DNA of 57,651 bases from an uncultured Verrucomicrobiota bacterium (lineage in GTDB: Bacteria > Verrucomicrobiota > Kiritimatiellia > RFP12 > UBA1067), in the NCBI GenBank assembly GCA_937901395.1, contig CALCDB010000017.1:1-57651 (forward strand), read 5' to 3'. Below the pieces are notes generated by a model that was not told where the DNA came from, made no database searches, and saw only the letters and a list, made by a program, of their open reading frames with translations. A program made the position numbers and the translations under genes. How positions within the stretch are numbered: position 1 is the first letter of the stretch; each line of letters starts with the position of its first letter. Shown piece by piece: positions 15,867 to 24,193 of the stretch.

Positions 15867-17962
15867 ATTGCATACGACAGTTTTTGAAAAGAGTAAGAAC
15901 CACGGGGGTGAAACTGAGTGGGGAAAAGAAAATTGTCTCAATGGGCAAGGAGCGTATCTTCGAGGCATTTGACATAGGGGATGACACCTTTATATTTGAG
16001 CGCGGGTTGTGCAGTCATTTAGATGAAAGACCAAGCGTATTAATCGTTAAGAAGAGCAAGTTGAGGCGGAGCGCGAATTGTGGGCGAGTAATGACAATTT
16101 CCACCGGCAATCATTCGGTAGCGGCTTTTCCATTGCTGGACGGCAGGTTTTGGAAACTTTCGCATTTGCAAAGCAATGCACGCAGCGGGGTGCTGATGAA
16201 TTCGATATTGTGCGCGAATATAGTCGATAATGGCATTGAAATATCGCAGCGAGAAATCTCCACCGCCGACTTGGTAGCTCATGATAAGTGGTTAATGGAG
16301 AAGGTAAACTTCGCCATGAACGATATTATCATGGGAGATCGAAACGATGGGGCGCTTGAGTATTATCGACATTTAGGGCAGGAATGGAGAGTCAAACCCT
16401 TGGCGTGGACCGACTTGGAGATGCGCACTGCGTTAAACGCGTCGCGCAAGCGAATCGCCAGTAAATTAAATTATTATCATTCCGCTCGTGGCGTGCATTT
16501 TCTTTCGTTTTCAGAATTCCGTAGATTTTCAAATTTAGCCGAGCAGAATTTAGATGAATTCATCTTGGGCTTGAAGGAATTGGTAAGCGTATATGAAGGC
16601 AACGATAGTTCGTTTACGAGAATGCCAAAATATCGCGGACATCATGAAATTGAGTTCTTTGGGATTCGGCGTGGCGTGGCATTAGAGCGGCTCATACCTG
16701 AGATCGAGCGACTTATGGAGGCGGTGGTTTTGCACCGAATGGGACAGCTTGGGATTATACAAAAGGCACAAGAAATAGTGGAGTTATACGCGTCGTTATT
16801 AACGCGTTCGGAATTGGGGGATGAGGAGAGCAAGGTATTCACGGAAACATTGTATATGTACATAACTGGTGAAATATATGCGGTGGTAGGAGAGGGCTCG
16901 ACGCCCGCATTCGATGATCGGCGCACCGCATTACCAGGAGCTACATACGTGAATGGACGGTTGGCGCTACATCCAGGCGCGGATGAGCGAACGGAAGTGT
17001 TGCTATCGAATCTACGTTCGATGATGTCGAAGGATGAGATAATTGAATACGCCAATGTATATGAGTTGCGCAATAATGATGACGGTGTGCAGTTGGGCAA
17101 GGGCTCTACGCGTGAAGTAGTATATAAAACCAATCGTCGTCCGCTTGAAAATAGTATGATTGAAAAGCGTCTCTCGCGCAGTTCCGTAGGCTATGGTTGC
17201 TATATGCTCTCGCGCATCGGCGCCTTGCGCGCGTTGGGAGTATCCTTAAGTTCGTTTTATCTGCTTTTGCGGCGGCGGGCTGGAACGGGGAAGAGACCTC
17301 ATGAATTTTATATCCGTCGGCGTTGCGAGGGCGAGCCGATGTGGGCGATTCCCGCCAATTATTTCCGTAATGCGGATGGAACGGGCGGAGAAGAGCGCGA
17401 GATAGTCTTGGCATTGGCGGTTTTGATGGGAGATGCGGCCGCGCAGAATATGGCGATGAAGAAGTTCGATCCCGAGACGGAATCGCCACTATATGGCATC
17501 GGGAAGGAGATATATGAATTCGAGTACGATATTACCAGGGAAATGGTAATACCCAAGAAGGTTTCCACATGTTCGATTAGAGGTAGTTTCGGTTGGCCCT
17601 CGCTTGAATATACGGATGAAAACTTATCGGCGTTGGCGAATTTCTATTTTGGACATTTTGCGCATGCGGTCAAGGATTATCAGCGCGTGCATAATTCGCT
17701 ATCGATGGCGGAGATCGCGGAAAAATTCATGGATGGTTTTGAATATCGCACGCATGCGATGGATTGGCAGTTATCGGTAATGCGAGATAAGTTTGAAACA
17801 TTTAAGCCAGATGTGCCATCGCGTTATAATTTTGAGCGAAAGTGGAGGTTTGTGATGTGGGCATTGGAGCGTCAGGAACGACGCTTGCCGATGTTGCGAA
17901 AACTATTTTTCGAGAAAGTGAGGGTAGTAGAAAATGAAGATATACGGAATAATCCCCAGTAG
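15842..17962 (+). CDS. large conserved-looking hypothetical protein (function unknown)
   Basis: 706-aa uninterrupted ORF within the operon, overlapping both neighbours by ~25-29 nt. The start is uncertain. Confidence 0.6.
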   Translation: MSPSSPRMNCIRQFLKRVRTTGVKLSGEKKIVSMGKERIFEAFDIGDDTFIFERGLCSHLDERPSVLIVKKSKLRRSANCGRVMTISTGNHSVAAFPLLDGRFWKLSHLQSNARSGVLMNSILCANIVDNGIEISQREISTADLVAHDKWLMEKVNFAMNDIIMGDRNDGALEYYRHLGQEWRVKPLAWTDLEMRTALNASRKRIASKLNYYHSARGVHFLSFSEFRRFSNLAEQNLDEFILGLKELVSVYEGNDSSFTRMPKYRGHHEIEFFGIRRGVALERLIPEIERLMEAVVLHRMGQLGIIQKAQEIVELYASLLTRSELGDEESKVFTETLYMYITGEIYAVVGEGSTPAFDDRRTALPGATYVNGRLALHPGADERTEVLLSNLRSMMSKDEIIEYANVYELRNNDDGVQLGKGSTREVVYKTNRRPLENSMIEKRLSRSSVGYGCYMLSRIGALRALGVSLSSFYLLLRRRAGTGKRPHEFYIRRRCEGEPMWAIPANYFRNADGTGGEEREIVLALAVLMGDAAAQNMAMKKFDPETESPLYGIGKEIYEFEYDITREMVIPKKVSTCSIRGSFGWPSLEYTDENLSALANFYFGHFAHAVKDYQRVHNSLSMAEIAEKFMDGFEYRTHAMDWQLSVMRDKFETFKPDVPSRYNFERKWRFVMWALERQERRLPMLRKLFFEKVRVVENEDIRNNPQ

Positions 17963-18677
17963 ATTCGGGTCGAGCAGATTTCCTGGCAAGCCTTTGGCCA
18001 TGTTGGCCGGCAAACCATTGGTTGCGTGGGTCGTCGAGGCGGTAAAGAAGGCGAAAAGCTTAGATGAGGTTCTTGTTGCCACTGATGATGAGCGCATAGT
18101 TGCGGCGGTGGAAAAGTATGGTGGGAAAGCGGTGATGACGCCATCAGAATTGCCGAGCGGCACGGATCGTATAGCATGTGCAGCGGGGGATTTCGCCGAT
18201 GATGATATTTTAGTAAATATTCAGGGCGATGAACCATTGATTGATCCCAACTTGATTGACGAGTTGGTAAGAAAATTGAAGAGCGATGATCGTTGGTCGA
18301 TGGCGACGGCGGTGACGCCGATCAAGAGTATAGCAGATTTTAATGCGAAGAGCGTGGTGAAAGTAGTAATGGATCGTGATGATGGCGCGTTGTATTTCTC
18401 TCGCGCACCAATACCCTGTGATAGAGATCATGAAAGCGATCTCGAGAATGGATTATACGTGCGACATTTAGGCATATATGCGTATCGAGGAGCGTTTTTG
18501 AAGCGTTATATCGCGGAACCGCCATGCGCTTTGGAAAAGATTGAAAAATTGGAACAGTTGCGGGCATTATGGATGGGCGCGAGGATTGCGGTAGTGAAGA
18601 CAACTGATGAAGGCATAGGCGTAGATACTCCGGAAGATGCAGAACGAGTAGCCAAAATACTTGCAAATCGTGAATAA
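17934..18677 (+). CDS. kdsB: 3-deoxy-manno-octulosonate cytidylyltransferase (CMP-KDO synthetase)
   Basis: Motifs present: IIPSRFGSSRFPGKPL, VATDDERI, SGTDR, NIQGDEPLI. Confidence 0.9.
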   Translation: MKIYGIIPSRFGSSRFPGKPLAMLAGKPLVAWVVEAVKKAKSLDEVLVATDDERIVAAVEKYGGKAVMTPSELPSGTDRIACAAGDFADDDILVNIQGDEPLIDPNLIDELVRKLKSDDRWSMATAVTPIKSIADFNAKSVVKVVMDRDDGALYFSRAPIPCDRDHESDLENGLYVRHLGIYAYRGAFLKRYIAEPPCALEKIEKLEQLRALWMGARIAVVKTTDEGIGVDTPEDAERVAKILANRE

Positions 18678-19281
18678 TAGACAAGAGCATAAGGCAATAT
18701 TAAAGCTGGCATTCGTCGATTCCGTGCCAGTCTTGATGGGCTACATATCGATGGGCTTTGCGGCGGGGGGGTTGTTGGCAGCGAAGGGAAATCTTCTGCT
18801 CGCGCCGGTATGGGCATTTCTTACTTCATTGACATGGATAACCGGAACAATGTCAATCGCTTGCGTTCCAGCCGTGGCGGCGCGAGCCTCCTTCGGGGCA
18901 TTGGCGCTGATGACACTCGCGGTGAACTTTCGTTATTCGTTTTATGGCTTTTCGATGCTACGCCCATGGAGAGGGCTACCGCTTCTACACAAGCTTTATC
19001 TGATTTTAATGTTGACGGATGAGACGTATGCGTTGGAAGAGGCGAGTGTTTTTAGGAATCCACATAAGAATCTACGGTATTGCACTTATATTTCAATGTT
19101 CAATCACATATATTGGATTGTCGGGGTTACATCTGGCGCGTTGGTGATTTTCCTGCTTGGGATGATAATTGACGAAGAGACGGTTCGTCGTTATACCAAT
19201 GGAATGGAGTTTTCAATGGTGGCGCTGATTATGGCGATTTTCACAGATCAGATTGTGGGGTTCATTCGACATGAAGGATGA
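18661..19281 (+). CDS. azlC: AzlC family branched-chain amino acid exporter subunit
   Basis: Polytopic membrane protein with FVDSVPVLMGYISMGFAAG at the N-terminus, followed by an azlD-like gene. Confidence 0.7.
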   Translation: MQIVNNRQEHKAILKLAFVDSVPVLMGYISMGFAAGGLLAAKGNLLLAPVWAFLTSLTWITGTMSIACVPAVAARASFGALALMTLAVNFRYSFYGFSMLRPWRGLPLLHKLYLILMLTDETYALEEASVFRNPHKNLRYCTYISMFNHIYWIVGVTSGALVIFLLGMIIDEETVRRYTNGMEFSMVALIMAIFTDQIVGFIRHEG

Positions 19282-19912
19282 AATTCTTTATATGCTTGGG
19301 GTATTGGCTACGGTGTTCGCAGTGAATTATACATTGCGAGCCCTGCCCTTTATACTCTTTCATAGACGCGATCAGGAATTGCCGAAGTGGGTAGCGCAAT
19401 TTGGCAGGATTATCTCGCCGATAATTTTCGGCGGGCTCATCATCTATTGCTATGCAGGTTTGCAGTGGCGTTCTCCATGGCCATACATTGCGGGGTTTGT
19501 TACGATCGCGTTGCAAGTATGGAGGCACAACGCGCTTGTTTCAATTGTGACGGGGACTATCCTATATATGATTTTGATTAACTGTTGCGGGTGTTCGACA
19601 GTTCATCGTTCAATTCAAGTCGATGCGAGGGAGCCTTCATTGCGCGTCACTACGAAGGGAGTGATGTTGGGTAATGAATACGTTGACCCATACGAAGTAG
19701 CCGATATTCTTGAGGATTTTGACATACCATACGATCGCACGATCCATATCCGCATCGATAACGACGTGACCGATCTCATGCCTTCGCGTACTTTGATGGG
19801 GCTTTTGGCCAAGGCTGGGTATACTAGCCCGGTGTTGGTAACGAAGCGTCATGCAGAATCGCGGGCTCTTGGGGATATGAAGAAGCAAGAGAAGGTGATA
19901 CGGCGGCGATGA
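19253..19912 (+). CDS. azlD: AzlD-like membrane protein with ~110-aa C-terminal extension
   Basis: The first ~105 aa are hydrophobic and AzlD-like (..YTLRALPFILF..). The soluble C-terminal part (TIHIRIDNDVTDLMPSRTLMGLLAKAGYTSPVLVT) is not part of canonical AzlD. Confidence 0.6.
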   Translation: MWGSFDMKDEILYMLGVLATVFAVNYTLRALPFILFHRRDQELPKWVAQFGRIISPIIFGGLIIYCYAGLQWRSPWPYIAGFVTIALQVWRHNALVSIVTGTILYMILINCCGCSTVHRSIQVDAREPSLRVTTKGVMLGNEYVDPYEVADILEDFDIPYDRTIHIRIDNDVTDLMPSRTLMGLLAKAGYTSPVLVTKRHAESRALGDMKKQEKVIRRR

Positions 19913-21975
19913 ACTTTGATGAGGCGCAATTACGAGTAAAGGAACTTCGTCGGCTGATCATCGAGGCGAATCATGCTTACTACGATCTCCATGCGCCTAC
20001 GGTCGGCGATGCTGATTATGATGGATGGGAGCGAGAACTGCTGAGATTAGAAAGCCTATTCCCCGCGCTTTCAACGGCGGATTCACCAGTCAAGAATGTA
20101 GCGGGGGGATTATTGGAGGGCTTCGCAAAAGTTGAACATAATCCACCAATGCAGTCGTTGGATAAGACCCATGCGAAAAGCGAATTGGCCGCCTTTGGAG
20201 AATTTTTGGAGCGTGAGTTGCGCATGGAAGCGAAGGGTTCGTGGCATTATATAGTGGAGCCAAAAGTGGATGGGGTTTCATTATCATTAAGGTACGAAAA
20301 CCGTATGCTTGTTCAAGCCGCAACGCGTGGAAATGGGCGGATAGGAGATGACATTACCGCCAATGCGAGAACTATCCGTACGATTCCGCAAGTATTACCA
20401 GCTACGGCGCCAGATTTGCTGGAAGTGCGTGGAGAGGCATATATGACGCGTGAAGGATTTGTGGAGCTTAATGCACGTCAGGCGGCAGCTGGACTTGACG
20501 AATTCGCCAATCCTCGGAATGCCTGCGCGGGATCGTTGAAACAACTTGATAGTCGCATTACCGCGGAGCGTCCATTGGATGTGGTAATATATAATGCGGG
20601 CGGAGTCGGGTGCGATGGTTTTGATAGTCACGCGGAAATGATTGAGGCATTCAAGAGTTGGGGTTTTCCGGTGACACCTTGGTCGCGTATGTGCGATTCA
20701 ATGGACGATGCATTCGCGGCGATTGATGCATTAGAGGAGCGTCGGCATAGTTTTCGATTTGAGATTGACGGGGCGGTATTGAAAGTGAATGAACGGCGCC
20801 TTTATGCCCGTTTAGGAACAACCGCGCATGGTCCGCGCTGGGCTAGAGCATATAAATACGAGCCAGAGCGCGCAGAAACGGAGATAGAAGATATTACGGT
20901 GCAAGTCGGGCGAACGGGGATTCTGACCCCGGTTGCGGAATTAAAGCCGACGGAATTGGCGGGTTCGGTAATTTCGCGCGCAACTTTACATAATGCCGAT
21001 CAAATCTCGCGTCAAGATATTCGCATTGGGGATCATGTATGGCTTGTAAAGGCGGGCGATGTAATACCTGCGATAGAATCGGTGATCATTGAGCGCCGCA
21101 CAGGCAAAGAACGGATGTTTACGATGCCAACGAATTGTCCTGTTTGTGGCGGCTTTGTTGAACGAAAAGAAGGCGAAGTTGCGATACGATGCATTAATTC
21201 GTTATGCCCAGCACAACTTTCGCGCAGGGTGGAACATTTTGCCAGTCGCAATGCATTAGATATTCGAGCTTTGGGCGAGACGGTCGTGGAGGCATTGGTA
21301 GATAAGCAGATGATTTCCGATCCATTGGATCTTTTTAATCTCAGAGAAGTGGATTTATACGCATTGGAGATTTCGGGGCATCGTTTTGGCGTTAACGCCA
21401 CGAAAGTGATAAATGCGCTTAAAGCCTCTCGCGAATTGCCATTGCATCGTTGGTTATTTGCCATTGGAATACCCAATGTCGGGGTAACCGTTGCGAAGGA
21501 TATTGCAGCCGAGCATTCATCATTGAGCGAATTGCCGGATTCTTCAATATTAAAGGAAGTTCTTGATAATGAGAATAGGAAGGGCAAGGATCATAAGGTT
21601 CTCAAGATCAAGGCAGAGGCGGCAAGGGCGGTTTTGAAGTTCTTTGATTCGCCATCGGGGAGGGGATTTTTGGAGAAGATGCTTGCGTTAGGGATTAATC
21701 CAAAATCAGAAGTCGCGATACCGAAGCAATCAAAGGGGCCATTGGTTGGAATGGGTTGCGTGCTCACGGGGACGCTATCGCGGCCAAGGAGTGAATATGC
21801 AAAACTCATCGAGGCGGCAGGTGGCATTGTGCAAAGTGCAGTTACGTCAAAGACCAGATATCTAATTGCCGGTGCAAACACGGGAGCGACGAAGATGGAG
21901 AAGGCTCGACAACTCGGCACTGAGATTATTGACGAACAACAATTGCTTGCCTTGACGCAAGATGAAGGGAAGTGA
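19909..21975 (+). CDS. ligA: NAD-dependent DNA ligase
   Basis: Adenylation motif EPKVDGVSLSL, zinc finger CPVCG..C.NSLCPAQ, HhH region and a C-terminal BRCT (GCVLTGTL..). Confidence 0.95.
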   Translation: MNFDEAQLRVKELRRLIIEANHAYYDLHAPTVGDADYDGWERELLRLESLFPALSTADSPVKNVAGGLLEGFAKVEHNPPMQSLDKTHAKSELAAFGEFLERELRMEAKGSWHYIVEPKVDGVSLSLRYENRMLVQAATRGNGRIGDDITANARTIRTIPQVLPATAPDLLEVRGEAYMTREGFVELNARQAAAGLDEFANPRNACAGSLKQLDSRITAERPLDVVIYNAGGVGCDGFDSHAEMIEAFKSWGFPVTPWSRMCDSMDDAFAAIDALEERRHSFRFEIDGAVLKVNERRLYARLGTTAHGPRWARAYKYEPERAETEIEDITVQVGRTGILTPVAELKPTELAGSVISRATLHNADQISRQDIRIGDHVWLVKAGDVIPAIESVIIERRTGKERMFTMPTNCPVCGGFVERKEGEVAIRCINSLCPAQLSRRVEHFASRNALDIRALGETVVEALVDKQMISDPLDLFNLREVDLYALEISGHRFGVNATKVINALKASRELPLHRWLFAIGIPNVGVTVAKDIAAEHSSLSELPDSSILKEVLDNENRKGKDHKVLKIKAEAARAVLKFFDSPSGRGFLEKMLALGINPKSEVAIPKQSKGPLVGMGCVLTGTLSRPRSEYAKLIEAAGGIVQSAVTSKTRYLIAGANTGATKMEKARQLGTEIIDEQQLLALTQDEGK

Positions 21976-21981
21976 TATAAT
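21973..21981 (+). promoter_or_regulatory. extended -10 element TGATATAAT (overlaps ligA stop)
   Basis: Lies 12 nt before the ATG 21994 of a 6-codon mini-ORF. Confidence 0.5.
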
Positions 21982-21993
21982 ACCCCTCAAACA

Positions 21994-22014
21994 ATGAAAA
22001 TCAAGCAACGATGA
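21994..22014 (+). CDS. putative 6-codon mini-ORF (MKIKQR) overlapping the downstream start by ATGA
   Basis: ATG AAA ATC AAG CAA CGA TGA. Its stop overlaps ATG 22011. Coding status unproven. Confidence 0.25.
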   Translation: MKIKQR

Positions 22015-23141
22015 TTCATTTCAATAGACCTTATATGACTGGAAATGAGACGGAATATATCCGTCAAGCCGTTCGGGATGGCAAGATTTCTGGTAATGGT
22101 GAATACACGAAGCGTTGTCAGCGGTTCTTTGAAGAGCGTTATGGTTTTGGCAAGTGCTTATTGACAACGTCTTGTACTGATGCATTGGAGATGGCGGCGA
22201 TATTGACTGGGGTTGGTCCAGGTGATGAGGTTATAGTGCCATCTTATACGTTTGTTTCTTCTGCCTTGGCGTTTGTCAGATGCGGAGCGAAGATAGTGTT
22301 TGCGGATAGCGGGTCGGAGGAGCCGAATTTGGATGTAAGCAAGCTTGAGGGATTGATTACTCCAAAGACGCGAGTAATTGTCCCGGTTCATTATGCTGGT
22401 TGTGCATGTGATATGGATGGAATCATGGCATTGGCGGAGAAGTATGGGTTATTGGTAGTCGAAGATGCAGCGCAAGCAATTGATTCGTATTATATCGGGA
22501 GGGATGGTTCGCGGCGAGCGCTCGGTTCAATTGGACATTTCGGTTGCTTTTCATTTCATGAGACGAAGAATATTATTTCCGGCGAGGGGGGGATGCTGAC
22601 GATTAACGATCCTCGATTTGTCCGTAGGGCGGAGATAATCTGGGAAAAGGGAACTAATCGCGCGGAGTTTTTCAGAGGCGAAGTCAATAAGTATGGATGG
22701 GTGGATATAGGTTCTTCGTTTTTGCCGACTGAGATCGTGTCTGCTTTTTTGTGGGCGCAGCTTGAGCATATTGAAGAGATTCAAACCGAGCGCAAGCGAC
22801 TTTGGTCGGTTTATCACGAAATGCTTGTGGATTATTTAGATCGCATCAAACTCCCAGTGATTCCGAGCTGGGCTACGAATAATGCGCATATGTTTTATGT
22901 GCTTTTCCCAGATTTGCAACGGCGTAGTGATTTTATCGCGAAGATGCGTGCGCAGGATGTGCTTTGCGTATTCCATTATCTGCCGCTTCATTCTTCGGAA
23001 TACTACAAGGCGAATCATGATGGTAGGGTGTTGGAGAATTGCGACCGCTATGCCGATACATTAGTAAGATTGCCATTGTATTGCGGATTGAAGAATGATC
23101 ATGAGCGCGTTTTGATGGCGCTGAAGAATGCCTTGTTATGA
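22011..23141 (+). CDS. wecE: dTDP-4-amino-4,6-dideoxy-sugar transaminase (DegT/DnrJ/EryC1 family, WecE-like)
   Basis: MIHFNRPYMTGNETEYIRQAV..GEYTKRCQ..LLTTSCTDALEMAA..GDEVIVPSYTFVSSA closely parallels the WecE N-terminus. Confidence 0.85.
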   Translation: MIHFNRPYMTGNETEYIRQAVRDGKISGNGEYTKRCQRFFEERYGFGKCLLTTSCTDALEMAAILTGVGPGDEVIVPSYTFVSSALAFVRCGAKIVFADSGSEEPNLDVSKLEGLITPKTRVIVPVHYAGCACDMDGIMALAEKYGLLVVEDAAQAIDSYYIGRDGSRRALGSIGHFGCFSFHETKNIISGEGGMLTINDPRFVRRAEIIWEKGTNRAEFFRGEVNKYGWVDIGSSFLPTEIVSAFLWAQLEHIEEIQTERKRLWSVYHEMLVDYLDRIKLPVIPSWATNNAHMFYVLFPDLQRRSDFIAKMRAQDVLCVFHYLPLHSSEYYKANHDGRVLENCDRYADTLVRLPLYCGLKNDHERVLMALKNALL

Positions 23142-24193
23142 AGGTAATTCATCTCGTACCCGCATTGGAACAGGGGGGCGTCGAAACAGTCGTCTGCGAG
23201 CTTAGCCGCGCACTGGTTGAAAAGGGCTGGCAGAGCGTAGTTATCTCCAAAGGCGGTAGATTGGCGGCGCGTATTGATTCATCCGGGGGGCGACATCTTA
23301 CACTGGATTTGAAATCGAAGAATCCGTTTACATATTTTCAGCGTGCTTTTAAGTTACGCGCATTAATCAGCAAAGAAAAGCCAGATTTAGTATTGGCGCA
23401 TTCGCGAGTTCCCGCATGGCTTTGGGTATGGGCGAATCGTACTCTTCGCATTCCGTGGATAACTTATGCGCATGGGGCAAACAGTGTTTCTCGCTATTCA
23501 AGCGTGATGACTTTTGGAGCTTTGACGATTGTCCCTTCGCATTTTCTCGCTGATTATCTCAAAAAGAATTATTCGTTGCAAGAAGAACGATTGCGTATCA
23601 TAAATCCATCAGTGGATTTCGAGCGATTTGATCCGCATCGATTGGATATCGAGTTCGTAGAAACAAAGAAGCGAGAGTGGGGGATTAAGGCGAATGATTT
23701 TGTGGTCATGGCAGTAGGTAGGATAACTCCGCTTAAGGGTTATGATACATTAATCAAGATGGTTAAAGACTATAAGTGCATAATTGTTGGGGATGCGGAT
23801 GAGGACCACAAGGAGTATCTTGACTATTTGAAGAGCATCGCCGGGCGAAATGTTGTCTTTGCTGGCGGGGAGACGAAAATTCCTGAATGTTTATCCATCG
23901 CGAATGTGCTTATATCGGCTAATGTGCGCAAGCCGGAGTCGTTTGGTCTATCAATGGCGGAGGCATTGGCGATGGAGGTTCCGGTTGTGGCGAAAGCATT
24001 TGGCGGAGCGTTAGATGTTGTCAATGATGGCGATGATGGTATTTTAGTGAAGTCGGAAGATGAATTTCTCGCGGCCATCGATAAGGCGAGGACGACGAAA
24101 TTCATTGGTCTGCGGGAGCGGGCAATGGCACGATTTAATCGCGAGCTCATGATTGAAAATACAATCGCCGCATATAGGGAGATCGTGAAATGA
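23138..24193 (+). CDS. glycosyltransferase family 4 (GT-B)
   Basis: ATGA overlap with the upstream gene. N-terminal GGVE motif and C-terminal E-x7-E (ESFGLSMAEALAMEVPVVA). Confidence 0.8.
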   Translation: MKVIHLVPALEQGGVETVVCELSRALVEKGWQSVVISKGGRLAARIDSSGGRHLTLDLKSKNPFTYFQRAFKLRALISKEKPDLVLAHSRVPAWLWVWANRTLRIPWITYAHGANSVSRYSSVMTFGALTIVPSHFLADYLKKNYSLQEERLRIINPSVDFERFDPHRLDIEFVETKKREWGIKANDFVVMAVGRITPLKGYDTLIKMVKDYKCIIVGDADEDHKEYLDYLKSIAGRNVVFAGGETKIPECLSIANVLISANVRKPESFGLSMAEALAMEVPVVAKAFGGALDVVNDGDDGILVKSEDEFLAAIDKARTTKFIGLRERAMARFNRELMIENTIAAYREIVK

